Part shown: positions 8,788 through 18,296 of the stretch, in pieces
Layout of the letters: each line of letters begins with the position of its first letter
Numbering within the stretch: position 1 is the stretch's first letter
Source of the DNA: Spirochaetales bacterium
Lineage (GTDB): Bacteria > Spirochaetota > Spirochaetia > Treponematales > UBA12059
Length of the DNA stretch: 53,046 bases
Direction: 5' to 3'
Assembly (NCBI GenBank): GCA_016928955.1
Contig: JAFGJV010000056.1
Span: 1 to 53,046 of the forward strand
Made by a program: the position numbers and the translations under genes
Notes under the pieces: model-generated
Seen by the model: only the letters and a program-made list of their open reading frames with translations
What the model was told of the DNA's origin: nothing
The model's database searches: none

Positions 8788-8975
8788 ACGTTCCTCCGGG
8801 AACAGGGAATCGGTCGGTGCCGGCCTGCGGCAAGGGCGCCTGGCCAGACAGCGAACGTAGGCTAGCACGGAAGGGCTCATGCCGGCAAGGATGGACTACT
8901 CCGGCCGCCCGTACCCGGTGCGTATGGCGCCCGTTGCCCAAGGCGGGCTATACTGTCCGCGCAAGGGAGGGCGGT

Positions 8976-9467
8976 ATGGCTGAAAGTGGCTACAGGCGGC
9001 CGAGCTGGGACGAGTATTTTATGGAAGTGTGCGAGGCCATAGCCAAGCGGGCCACCTGCGACCGCGGCAGGTCGGGCTGCGTGATAGCCCGCGACCACCA
9101 GATCCTGGCCACCGGTTACGTGGGCGCGCCTGCGGGCCTGCCCCATTGCGACGACGTGGGCCACCAGATCAAGCAGCTGACCCACGAGGACGGCACGGTG
9201 ACCAGGCACTGCGTCCGTACGGTCCACGCCGAGCAGAACGCCATCTGCCAGGCTGCCCGGCGGGGCATAGCCATAGAGGGGGCGACGCTGTACTGCCGGA
9301 TGACGCCCTGCCGCACCTGCGCCATGATGATCATCAACTGCGGCATCGTGCGCGTGGTGTGCCAGCGTAAATACCACGACGGCGCCGAGAGCGAGGCCAT
9401 GTTCGACAAGGTGGGCATATCCGTGGAATACGTCGAGAACGCCATGGAGACCTACGACAACCAGTAA
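8976..9467 (+). CDS. dCMP deaminase family protein
   Basis: RPSWDEYFM, RATCDR, HAEQNAI, PCRTC zinc motif; SD GGGAGG. Confidence 0.92.
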   Translation: MAESGYRRPSWDEYFMEVCEAIAKRATCDRGRSGCVIARDHQILATGYVGAPAGLPHCDDVGHQIKQLTHEDGTVTRHCVRTVHAEQNAICQAARRGIAIEGATLYCRMTPCRTCAMMIINCGIVRVVCQRKYHDGAESEAMFDKVGISVEYVENAMETYDNQ

Positions 9468-9512
9468 GGGGCCGCTTGAAACGCACTGCCTCTTCCGGCT
9501 ACCCTCCAGTCC

Positions 9513-10334
9513 GTGTCCATCAGAATACTGTACCTGGGCGAGATCGTCGGCAAGGCCGGCGTCTTTGCCGTCAAGAAACAACTGCCCGGACTCAGGGAAC
9601 GCTACCGTCCCGACCTGGTCGTGGCCAGCGGCAACGGCGTGACCGGTGGATCGGGCATAGGCAAGGCGCATTCGGTATACCTGCGCAAGCTCGGCATAGA
9701 CGTGGTGACCACCGGCGAGGGTGCCTTTTACAAAAAAGACATCGTGGAAGCCTTTCCCGCCGAGCCCTGGATGCTCAGGCCGGCCAACCATCCGTCCGGA
9801 GTGCCCGGACGGGGCTTTAGGGTGTACAAGGCGGGCAAGGGAAGGGTGGCGGTGGTGCAGCTCCTGGGGCAGGCGGGTTTCAACCGCGTGCACCTGGACA
9901 ACCCCTTTGTGGTCCTGGACGAGGTCATCCAGCGCCTGCGAGGAGAATGCGACGCCGTGGTGGTGGAATTCCGGGCTCCCACCACCGCCGAGAAACAGTC
10001 AATGTTCCACCACGCCAACGGTAAGGTAGCCGCCGTCATAGGGTCGTACGCGCGGACGCTCACCGCGGACGGCGCGGTAAGCACCCTGGGCACGGCGTAC
10101 ATAACCGACGCGGGCATGACCGGCGCCTCGGATTCCGTGCGCGGCTTTGACCCCGAGCCGGTTATACGGGAATATCTGACGGGCATACCGTCCTGGGACC
10201 GGGAGGGCGGATCGCGCCCAGAGGTCCAGGGTTGCCTGATCGATATAGAAGAAAACGGCAAGGCCACGGGTTTGGAAACGCTGAGAATCCCCTGCAAGGA
10301 GTTGTTCCATGACGGAACGGGCCATAGTGCTTAA
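9513..10334 (+). CDS. YmdB/TIGR00282-like metallophosphoesterase homologue, catalytic residues degenerate
   Basis: ILYLGEIVGKAG, LRPANHP..VPGRG, TTAEK, TAD, GTAYITDAGMTG scaffold motifs. Confidence 0.85.
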   Translation: MSIRILYLGEIVGKAGVFAVKKQLPGLRERYRPDLVVASGNGVTGGSGIGKAHSVYLRKLGIDVVTTGEGAFYKKDIVEAFPAEPWMLRPANHPSGVPGRGFRVYKAGKGRVAVVQLLGQAGFNRVHLDNPFVVLDEVIQRLRGECDAVVVEFRAPTTAEKQSMFHHANGKVAAVIGSYARTLTADGAVSTLGTAYITDAGMTGASDSVRGFDPEPVIREYLTGIPSWDREGGSRPEVQGCLIDIEENGKATGLETLRIPCKELFHDGTGHSA

Positions 10335-10704
10335 GGTGGAAGGCCGCACGGCCGTGGTGGGCATACAGGCCAGTGAGGGCTGCGCGCATTGCAGCCACGG
10401 CGGGGACTGCTCTCTGGCGGGAGCGCGCATAGACGCCGACCTGCCAGAAGGTTTTGAGGGCAAGCCGGGCGACGAGGTGACGCTCGTGCTGCCGTCCGGC
10501 GTGCGCGCGGCGGGTTTGCTCTGGCTACTCGTCGTGCCGCTGGCCCTGTTCGCCGCCGGATACGCCGCGGGCGACGCGTGGGCCGGGTCGGAAGCGGCGG
10601 CGGCCGGGCTGGGACTGGCCGGCTTGGCCCTTGGCCTTGGGGCGGCCGCCCTGGCCGTGAGGCGTGGCAAGGCGGCCAGCCGCCCGAGGGTGTTGCCGCT
10701 CTGA
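10309..10704 (+). CDS. RseC/MucC family membrane protein
   Basis: CAHC...GDC cysteine motif, KPGDEVTL, two C-terminal TM helices. Confidence 0.75.
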   Translation: MTERAIVLKVEGRTAVVGIQASEGCAHCSHGGDCSLAGARIDADLPEGFEGKPGDEVTLVLPSGVRAAGLLWLLVVPLALFAAGYAAGDAWAGSEAAAAGLGLAGLALGLGAAALAVRRGKAASRPRVLPL

Positions 10705-10735
10705 GCGACGCTGGTGGCGCGGCTGCTCGGCCGGG

Positions 10736-11284
10736 TTACAGGAGTACGGACTCCCTGAGGCGGGCCGCTGCCTCGTCGCCCATGAGCACGGCCGCCAGCG
10801 CCTCGGCGAATTCGCCCGCGCAGCCGGCCGCCCGGGCGCTGACCAGCCTGCCGTCGATTATCACCCTGTCCTGTTGGAACCGCCCTTCCGGAGCAAGGCG
10901 CTCAAGCCCCGGGTAGCAGGTGAAGCGCCGGCCTCCCAGAAGGCCGCAAGCCTGGCCCAGGACCACGGCCGGAGCGGCGCATATGGCCCCGATAACGGCT
11001 CCGCCGGCGGCGTGCCGTTGTATGAAGGCTACCACGTCGGCGTCTGCGGCCAGGGCCTCGGCTCCCTTACTGCCGCCGGGCACAACCACGCAGTCAAAGG
11101 TTTCGTCGTCTATGTCGTCGAACGCCGCGTCGGCGCCCAGCGCTATGCCGCGGCTGCCCAGGATGTCGCGGCCCGTGGTTCCGGCGCTCACAACCTCCAC
11201 GCCGGCCCGCCGCAGGTAGTCGATGGGCGTAACGGCCTCGACTTCCTCGCAGCCGTTGGCCAGAAGCACGCAGGCACGTTTCAT
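10736..11284 (-). CDS. DJ-1/PfpI (ThiJ/YajL-like) protein
   Basis: GCEEVEAVTPIDYLRRAG, VVPGG, AICAAPAVVL, FTCYPG; SD AAGGAGG. Confidence 0.93.
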   Translation of the reverse strand: MKRACVLLANGCEEVEAVTPIDYLRRAGVEVVSAGTTGRDILGSRGIALGADAAFDDIDDETFDCVVVPGGSKGAEALAADADVVAFIQRHAAGGAVIGAICAAPAVVLGQACGLLGGRRFTCYPGLERLAPEGRFQQDRVIIDGRLVSARAAGCAGEFAEALAAVLMGDEAAARLRESVLL

Positions 11285-11399
11285 GCTTACCTCCTTGACG
11301 GATCTGCCGGAAGGCGTCGCTCGATTTTCTGGACAAATCCATCTGGTGGGAGTATACTGCGCTCCGAGCCAGCTTGAAATGGTAAAGGAGCTTCCACTT

Positions 11400-11681
11400 A
11401 TGGATACGAAGAATGGACTGGTAGTCTTTATCCTGTTCGTGGTTCTGTTCGCGTTCGCGTTCGTATTTTCAGACGCGGCCCTTGCCCAGGAAAACACGTT
11501 CTACGGCATCCTGGCCCTGGTCGGTTTCCTGGTGTGTCTCTTTGGCGCTTTGTTCAACGGCGTCATGGGGCAGAAAGCCGGCGACGCGCTGGCCGTGTGG
11601 TTCTTCGTGTACGCCGTGGTGGTGGGCGTCGTGCTGGTATGGTTCCTGACCAGAGTCGGCACGTCCTTCGGCTGGTGGTAA
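11400..11681 (+). CDS. Small hypothetical membrane protein (about 3 TM)
   Basis: Strongly hydrophobic 93-aa ORF with SD AAGGAG, upstream TGGACA-N17-TATACT (11330-11358) and a downstream terminator. Confidence 0.75.
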   Translation: MDTKNGLVVFILFVVLFAFAFVFSDAALAQENTFYGILALVGFLVCLFGALFNGVMGQKAGDALAVWFFVYAVVVGVVLVWFLTRVGTSFGWW

Positions 11682-11703
11682 ACCGGCCCTAGGCACCTAG
11701 AGC

Positions 11704-11738
11704 AAAAAAACGGCGGCCTGCTAGGGGCCGCCGTTTTT
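11704..11738. terminator. Bidirectional intrinsic terminator
   Basis: AAAAAAACGGCGGCC..GGCCGCCGTTTTT between convergent genes. Confidence 0.8.
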
Positions 11739-11766
11739 ATTTCCGGATGCTCAGCCGCCCGGCCTG

Positions 11767-13716
11767 TCAGAGCTTGGCGGCCAGGGCTTCCGCCGTGAGG
11801 CCTAGATGCGCGGCCACCTGGGCGCCGGGACCCGATTCGCCAAAGCGCTCTATGCCCAGGAAATCGTCGGCAAGGGCGTCCCAGCCCATGGAGCGGCCGG
11901 CCTCGCACGCCACGACGCGGCTTCCGGGCGGCACGATGGTGTGGCGCAGGGCGGCGGGCTGGGACAGGAACAGCTCCCTGTCGAGCACGGACACCACGCG
12001 CACGCTCTTGCCCACGGCCAGCTTGGCCGCTTCCATGGCCAGGGCCACCTCCGAGCCGCTTGCCACGATGGTGGTGTCCGGCTCGTCCTTGGTAGACGCG
12101 ATGACGTAGGCACCCGCGCGCACCGTGTCCCGCCATACGGGATCGGCCTTGGGCAGGACAGGCAGGTTTTGCCGCGACAAGGCTATGACCGTTGGCCCGT
12201 CCGTCCGCGCCAGGGCCATGGCCCAGGCCTCGTTGGTCTCCTCCGCGTCGGCCGGCCTGAGCACGGCCAGGTTGGGTATGGCGCGCAGGGCCGCCAGGTG
12301 TTCTATGGGCTGGTGGGTCGGGCCGTCCTCGCCCACAAAGACCGAGTCGTGGGTGAGCACGTAGATGACCGGAAGGCCCATCAAGGCCGACAGCCTGAGC
12401 GATCCCCTGAGGTAGTCCGCGAACACCAGGAAGGTGGCGCAGAAGGGCCTGAAGCCGTGGAGGGCCAGGCCGTTTGAAACGGCCGCCATGGCGTGCTCGC
12501 GTATGCCGAAATGGATCATGCGGCCGGCGCGGTTTGAACGCGCATAGGGCAACCCGGGCAGCTGCGTCGAGTTGGGGCCGGTGAGGTCGGCGGAGCCGCC
12601 GACCAGCTGGGGCCAGGCTACGGCCGCGGCGGCCAGGGCCTTGCCGGAGGCGGCACGGGTGGCCACGCTGGCTCCCTGGTCCCAGGCCGGCCAGGACGTT
12701 TCGGCCAGGGCCCTGCCGGCCAGCATGGCGTCCAGTTCAGCAGCCAGGGCAGGCTCGGCCGAGCGCCACGCCGCGTAACGCTCCAGCCAGGCGGCGCGTT
12801 CGTCGGCCAGCTCCTTCCGCCTGCCGGCAAAGAAGTCAAGGGCCGCCGGGTCCACATGGAACTGGGACTCAGGATCAACGCCGAGCGCTTCCTTGGCCTT
12901 GGCTATCTCATCCGGGCCAAGCGGGGCGCCGTGTACCTTGTGGGATCCGGCCAGCGTCGGCGCGCCCTTGCCAATGACGCTCCTGAGGGCTATCAGGCTG
13001 GGCCTGGACTGGTCCCGTTTTGCGTCGGCGACCAGGGCGCGGATACCGGCCGCGTCGTACATGTCCCCTTTGAGGACCTGCCAGCCGGCAGCGGCAAAGC
13101 GGGCTCCCACGTCCTCCGTGAAGGACAGCTCGGTGCCGCCGTCTATGGTGATGCGGTTGTCGTCGTAGAACACGATCAGCTTGCCCAGGCCCAGGTGGCC
13201 GGCCAGGGAGGCGGCTTCCATGGCCACGCCTTCCTGCATGCAGCCGTCCCCGGCAAGCACCCAGGTGTAATGGTCGACGATAGTCTGGCCTGGCTTGTTA
13301 AAGCGGGCAGCCATCATGGTCTCGGCTATGGCCATGCCCACGGCCGTGGCCAGGCCCTGGCCCAGGGGGCCGGTCGTGGTTTCTATGCCGGGGGCCATGC
13401 CGTATTCCGGATGGCCGGCCGTCTTGGAACCCACTTGGCGGAACTTCTTGATGTCGTCCAGCGTGATGCCGTAGCCGGCCAGGTGGAGCAGGGAATACAG
13501 GAACATTGACCCGTGGCCGGCGGACAGGACAAAACGGTCGCGGTCAAGCCAGGCGGGGTCGGCGGGGTCGTGCCTGAGGAATTCCCCGTACAGGAGAGCG
13601 CCCAGTTCGGCGCAGCCAAGGGGCAGGCCGGGATGGCCGGAGTTGGCTTTCTGGATGGCGTCCATAGACAGACATCGGACGGTGGTGGCTATGGCGCTCA
13701 GGGCTGCCTGGTTCAT
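11767..13716 (-). CDS. tkt: Transketolase
   Basis: [54 protein letters not shown]. Confidence 0.97.
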   Translation of the reverse strand: MNQAALSAIATTVRCLSMDAIQKANSGHPGLPLGCAELGALLYGEFLRHDPADPAWLDRDRFVLSAGHGSMFLYSLLHLAGYGITLDDIKKFRQVGSKTAGHPEYGMAPGIETTTGPLGQGLATAVGMAIAETMMAARFNKPGQTIVDHYTWVLAGDGCMQEGVAMEAASLAGHLGLGKLIVFYDDNRITIDGGTELSFTEDVGARFAAAGWQVLKGDMYDAAGIRALVADAKRDQSRPSLIALRSVIGKGAPTLAGSHKVHGAPLGPDEIAKAKEALGVDPESQFHVDPAALDFFAGRRKELADERAAWLERYAAWRSAEPALAAELDAMLAGRALAETSWPAWDQGASVATRAASGKALAAAAVAWPQLVGGSADLTGPNSTQLPGLPYARSNRAGRMIHFGIREHAMAAVSNGLALHGFRPFCATFLVFADYLRGSLRLSALMGLPVIYVLTHDSVFVGEDGPTHQPIEHLAALRAIPNLAVLRPADAEETNEAWAMALARTDGPTVIALSRQNLPVLPKADPVWRDTVRAGAYVIASTKDEPDTTIVASGSEVALAMEAAKLAVGKSVRVVSVLDRELFLSQPAALRHTIVPPGSRVVACEAGRSMGWDALADDFLGIERFGESGPGAQVAAHLGLTAEALAAKL

Positions 13717-13877
13717 GGGAACTCCTTTTAGAGTGGGTGCGGGCGGGCGCCCGGGACCGCCACACAACGGTGCCCGCGCGTACCTTCGTCGCCTGAAACT
13801 TACTATAATGGGCGGCAGTGGCGCAAGAAGAGCGGGGCCCGCCTGTTTTTTAGGTTCCGCCCGGCTATACTACGCGC

Positions 13878-14555
13878 ATGACGGATTTCCTTGTGCTCTT
13901 CGTTGGTGCGGCCCTGCCTGCCCTGGTCCTGGTGCTGTGGTTCAGGGCCCTGGACCGCAAGCGCCCCGAGCCCCTGGGCAGGGTGGGCTGGAGCGTCCTC
14001 CTTGGGTTTGTGGCGGCGGCTCCCGCGGCGTTTCTGGGGATTTTGGCATCCCTGCCGGCCGCGTATATGCCCGGCCCCTTGGCCCTGGTATGGCTGGCCT
14101 TTGTCACGGCCGCCCTGGTGGAAGAGGGCGTCAAATACCTCTTCTTGAGGATCCAGCTCAAGAGGAATCCCCATTTTGACGAAGTGATGGACGGAATTGT
14201 ATACGCGGCCAGCGTGAGCCTGGGCTTTGCCTTTGCGGAAAATCTCCTGTACGGGCTGGACGACCGGGGCGCCCTGGTCATCAGGGCGTTTACCGCCGTG
14301 CCCATGCATGCAGCGGCCACGGGCATCATGGGATACTGGCTGGGCCGCGCGAAACGGGAACCCGAGGCGGCTTCCGCCCATGCGCGCCGCGGCTTCCTCT
14401 GCGCCGTGCTTGTCCACGGCCTGTACGACCTTTTCCTGTTCGCCGGCGGGGCGGCCGCGCTCCTGTCCATGGCTGTGCTGGTGTGGGCTGTCTACCGCGT
14501 CGTGGCGCTGGCCAGGGACGCAAGGGCCCAGGACGAAGCCCGAGCCGCCGTTTAG
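13878..14555 (+). CDS. PrsW family intramembrane glutamic protease
   Basis: D..RPEP, EEGVK, GFAFAENLLY, VPMH, HGLYD motifs; multiple TM segments. Confidence 0.9.
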   Translation: MTDFLVLFVGAALPALVLVLWFRALDRKRPEPLGRVGWSVLLGFVAAAPAAFLGILASLPAAYMPGPLALVWLAFVTAALVEEGVKYLFLRIQLKRNPHFDEVMDGIVYAASVSLGFAFAENLLYGLDDRGALVIRAFTAVPMHAAATGIMGYWLGRAKREPEAASAHARRGFLCAVLVHGLYDLFLFAGGAAALLSMAVLVWAVYRVVALARDARAQDEARAAV

Positions 14556-14557
14556 CT

Positions 14558-14586
14558 TTGCCAAGCTCACCGCGACGCGATACAAT
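14558..14586 (+). promoter_or_regulatory. Sigma70-type promoter of the cyclase-M28 operon
   Basis: TTGCCA-N17-TACAAT. Confidence 0.6.
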
Positions 14587-14654
14587 AGGCACGGCTTTGA
14601 GGCTGGCGGGCTCTGCCGCGCTTGAGCCCGTGGCCTTTGAGGAGAGAAAGTACC

Positions 14655-16004
14655 ATGCATGAAATTCTACTGGCTGACAGGGTCAAGGGCGAGAGGGAAA
14701 TAGCGGTTTTCCGGCTGGTTTTGCTGGTGGTGTCCGCGCTGATGGTCCTCCTGATGGTTGCCTCAGGCGACGGCTTTACCCTGTCCGACAATTTCAACCT
14801 GGTGGCCTGCGGCGTGGCCACGCTGTACACCATCGGGCTCCTTGTGGTCATCAACCGGTTTGGCTACCGGCGAGTATACGGCTGGCTGTCGTCCACGGTG
14901 GACGTGCTCCTGGTGGCCGGCATGACCTACCTGTCGCGCTACGCCGCCGAGTCGTCCGTGGCAAGCCTGGTGAGCACCAGCTCCTTTGCCGTGTACTTTC
15001 CCATCATCCTGTTCTCCGTGCGCAGGCACGATCCGGCCAACACCCTGTTCACCGGGATCTTCTCGGCGCTGACCTGGGGAGCCATGGTCGCCGTCATGGC
15101 CGTGGAGGACTCGTTCTGGGTGAGCATGCGCTCGGATACGGGGCTGGTCATGAGGAACGACCTGTTCAACGAGGCCCTGAAAGGCGCCCTGCTGGCGCTG
15201 ACTGGCGTCATAGGCTGGGGAGCGTCGCGCCGTTTTGACCGGCTGTTCGAGGAGACGCTCAAGGCAACGGAGGAGCGCTCCCACATACGCAACATGTTCG
15301 GCCGCTATGTGTCAGAAGAACTGGTGGACAAGATCCTGTCCCGCAAGGTGTCGTTCCTGGGCGAGCGGCGGGAAGCCACGGTCATGTTCATAGACATACA
15401 GAATTTCACGTCGCTGGCTGAGCGCTCCGATCCACGCACCCTCATAGCCATACTCAACAACTTCTTCAACCTGTCCATCAACGTGATAGCCGCCCACGGG
15501 GGTTTCATAGACAAGTTCATAGGCGACGCGATCATGGTGGTGTTCGGGGCGCCTGAGAAGCGCGAACACCACGCGGAGGCCGCCATAGAATGCGCCAAGG
15601 AGCTGTCCCGCGCCCTGTCCAGCATGAACGCCTGGGTACACTCCCTTGGCGTGGACTGGGAGTTCGGCTACGGCATAGGCATCAACTCGGGCGAGGTGGT
15701 GGTAGGCAACGTGGGCACCGAGCGTCGCATGGAATACACGGCCTTGGGCGACACGGTCAACGTGGCCAGCCGCCTTGAGCACCTGACCAGGACCCTTGGC
15801 CACCCCATCGTGCTGGGCGAGTCCTGCGTGTCGGCCTGCGGCGACTGCAAGCTGGCTGGCCCCTTCCGCGCCCGGCTCAAGGGCAAGTCAGAGCCCGTCA
15901 TCGTGTACGCCATACCCTCGGTGGAGCTGGAAGGCGCCCCCGGAGAGCCTATCGTCGTCCAGGACAGCCTGCTGGCCCTGGCCGAGGACGAATCGTCGAT
16001 ATAG
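14655..16004 (+). CDS. Membrane-bound class III adenylyl cyclase
   Basis: About 6 TM N-terminus; VMFIDIQNFT, DKFIGDAIM, GINSG, EYTALGDTVNVASRLE (Lys/Thr specificity pair indicates ATP). Confidence 0.92.
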   Translation: MHEILLADRVKGEREIAVFRLVLLVVSALMVLLMVASGDGFTLSDNFNLVACGVATLYTIGLLVVINRFGYRRVYGWLSSTVDVLLVAGMTYLSRYAAESSVASLVSTSSFAVYFPIILFSVRRHDPANTLFTGIFSALTWGAMVAVMAVEDSFWVSMRSDTGLVMRNDLFNEALKGALLALTGVIGWGASRRFDRLFEETLKATEERSHIRNMFGRYVSEELVDKILSRKVSFLGERREATVMFIDIQNFTSLAERSDPRTLIAILNNFFNLSINVIAAHGGFIDKFIGDAIMVVFGAPEKREHHAEAAIECAKELSRALSSMNAWVHSLGVDWEFGYGIGINSGEVVVGNVGTERRMEYTALGDTVNVASRLEHLTRTLGHPIVLGESCVSACGDCKLAGPFRARLKGKSEPVIVYAIPSVELEGAPGEPIVVQDSLLALAEDESSI

Positions 16005-16012
16005 GGGGCTGC

Positions 16013-17584
16013 ATGAGGGCGACGATTCGGAACAGCGGAATGCCCGTGCCTCCCGGTGTGGAACCAGGGTCGGCGCGCCTTGCGGAATTCTTCGAGCACT
16101 TTGCGGAAATGCCCCACCGCGGTTCGGGCACTCCCAACGAGCCCCGGGCCGCCCGGCTCCTGTCCAGGTGGATAGCCGGACACAGCTCGGCCTTGGTGGA
16201 CATACTGCCCTTTGCGGTGGACCTGTCGTCCGGGGCGTGGAGCATAGCCATTCACGGCACCCTGCTCTGCCTGGGCGTGGGCGTGCTGTGGGCGGCCGGG
16301 TTGGGTTCGGCGGCCGTGCACGGCCTGGGTCCCGGAGCGGCCAGGCTGGGCTGGCTTGGGACCCTGCCCTGGCCATACATGCTCGCCGCCCTGCTGTGGA
16401 CCCTGGCCATTCTGGGTTCCCGGTGGCTGATGGACTGCAAGGGCTGGAACATCGTGTCGTTTTTTGTGCCCAACGCCGACTCGTGCTCGGTGGTGGCAAC
16501 GGACGTGCCCCGGCCGCCCATGGATCCCGGCTACGCGCGCCAGGCCGAGGCCGAGCGCTGGCGCCGGCGCTTCCAAGAAGCCAAAAACGCCGGCGTGACC
16601 AGGCTTCGCGTGGGTATGACCCACTACGATTCGGCCAGGCAGCTTCCGGCAGGAAAAACGCCCAAATTCCTCCTGGCGGCCTTGAAGGGCGGCCTTGGCA
16701 AGCTCCCCACGCTGTGGCTCACGATCCTTGCCCTTGCCCTTGGCGTGCCCCTGGCTCTGGCTGCGTTCGGCCTGACCCAGGCCGCGTATGCCGGATGGCA
16801 GGGTATCGTACTGTCGCTGGTGCTCACCCTGGCTGCGGTATGCGGCCTGGTCATTGTGGCCATGGAGGCCCTGATGGCCGGACGCTCGTCCAGCCTGCCT
16901 TTTGTGCAGGGCATCAACGACAACCTGTCTGGCTCAGCCGTGCTCATGGAAACCCTGATAGCGCGGTGTCCGCCCGCGGGGGACCAGGACAACCCGACCA
17001 GGCGCTTCATGGCGATTTTCACCGGTTCGGAGGAAAACGGGCTCAAGGGGGCCGCCCATGCGGCCAGGGACATCCTGGTGCCGGCCATGGACGTATTCGG
17101 GCCAGACAACGTCGAGCTTGTGAACCTGGACACCGTGTCCGGCGGCAGGCTGTGCGTCTTGCCGCGGGAAGTGAATTTCAGCGGGCGGACGGTGGGCAGG
17201 ATCAGCGGATTCGGCACGGATTTCCATGCCTGGGCCACGGGTCCCGTGTTGCCCGTATCCGAGGCAGAAGCAGCCCTGAATCCGGAGCAACGGGCGCTCT
17301 GCCTTTTGAATCATGGCTCCGGGTACGGACTGGTTCTGGACTACGCCGACGAGCCCATACCGTCATGCACCGACCTGAGCGGCGTATGGGCCGCCCTCCC
17401 AGCCAGGTACCGTAAGGAGCTCCGCGCCTTTTCCATAGTGTCCCGAAGCTTTGATGGCGACCCCCTCAGGCGGCCGCGGGACTACCACCAGCTGTCCGAC
17501 ACCACGGAAACCTTGTTTATGGAACAGGAGCCCGGGAATTTCGGCACCGTGGCCGCCCTTGCGCTGACGCTTGCCAAATTCTAA
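16013..17584 (+). CDS. M28 family metallopeptidase with inserted TM segments
   Basis: HRGSGT, THYDS, GINDNLSG, FTGSEENGLKG, NLDTV, YHQLSDT. Confidence 0.8.
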   Translation: MRATIRNSGMPVPPGVEPGSARLAEFFEHFAEMPHRGSGTPNEPRAARLLSRWIAGHSSALVDILPFAVDLSSGAWSIAIHGTLLCLGVGVLWAAGLGSAAVHGLGPGAARLGWLGTLPWPYMLAALLWTLAILGSRWLMDCKGWNIVSFFVPNADSCSVVATDVPRPPMDPGYARQAEAERWRRRFQEAKNAGVTRLRVGMTHYDSARQLPAGKTPKFLLAALKGGLGKLPTLWLTILALALGVPLALAAFGLTQAAYAGWQGIVLSLVLTLAAVCGLVIVAMEALMAGRSSSLPFVQGINDNLSGSAVLMETLIARCPPAGDQDNPTRRFMAIFTGSEENGLKGAAHAARDILVPAMDVFGPDNVELVNLDTVSGGRLCVLPREVNFSGRTVGRISGFGTDFHAWATGPVLPVSEAEAALNPEQRALCLLNHGSGYGLVLDYADEPIPSCTDLSGVWAALPARYRKELRAFSIVSRSFDGDPLRRPRDYHQLSDTTETLFMEQEPGNFGTVAALALTLAKF

Positions 17585-17766
17585 GGGGCGGGACGTTCCG
17601 CGTACACGGTGGTTCCGGTCGGGAGAACTTACACGTGGAGCCTTTCGGCGGCCGGTTTGGGAAGGTTTTCAGGCAAGGTATGCCAGAAAAAAGAAGTTGA
17701 CAACTGGCGTGTTTTCGTCATAATGCAACCATTCGCGGACCACATGGTCCGTAGCGAGGAGGCACT

Positions 17767-18282
17767 ATGAAGCTGACCAGTCCTTTCTTCGCCGACGGGG
17801 CTATCCTGCCCTTCGAGTGCGCGTATGAAGGCTCGAATCGCTCCCCGCTCCTGTCTTGGGACGACGCGCCGCTCGGCACGGGCGCCTTTGCCCTGACCTG
17901 CCTGGACACTGACGCTCCGTTCGGCAAACCCTGGGTGCATTGGCTGTGCTGGAACATACCGCTGTGGCAGACCAGGCTCATGCCCGGATGCCCTCCCTAC
18001 GAGCGGCTTCCGGACGGGACCGAGCAGGGCTTGAACGGCTTTCTGGAGTACGGCTGGGGCGGGCCCTGTCCGCCGTCCGGTCTGCACCGCTATGACTTCA
18101 CGCTGTACGCCCTGGATGGTCCCCTATCCCCGCAGGGGCGTACGCTTGAAGCGCTGAGCGCCGCGCTCGAAGGCCATACACTCGCGGCGGCCGGCATATC
18201 GGCGTATTACGGACCGGATCACGCCCTGGCGTCCTACGAGGCGCTTGGGCGGGAGGGCAGGCTGGCGTCCTTCTCGGGCTGA
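17767..18282 (+). CDS. YbhB/YbcL family PEBP (Raf kinase inhibitor-like) protein
   Basis: SPLLSW, DTDAP, WVHW, GPCPPSG.HRY.FTLYALD. Confidence 0.92.
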   Translation: MKLTSPFFADGAILPFECAYEGSNRSPLLSWDDAPLGTGAFALTCLDTDAPFGKPWVHWLCWNIPLWQTRLMPGCPPYERLPDGTEQGLNGFLEYGWGGPCPPSGLHRYDFTLYALDGPLSPQGRTLEALSAALEGHTLAAAGISAYYGPDHALASYEALGREGRLASFSG

Positions 18283-18296
18283 GAGGCACCCGGGCG

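Noticed and set aside
15796..17415. 539-aa alternative-frame ORF overlapping the M28 gene
   Set aside because: Arg/Gly/Pro-rich GC shadow frame; the 16013 frame carries the M28 motifs
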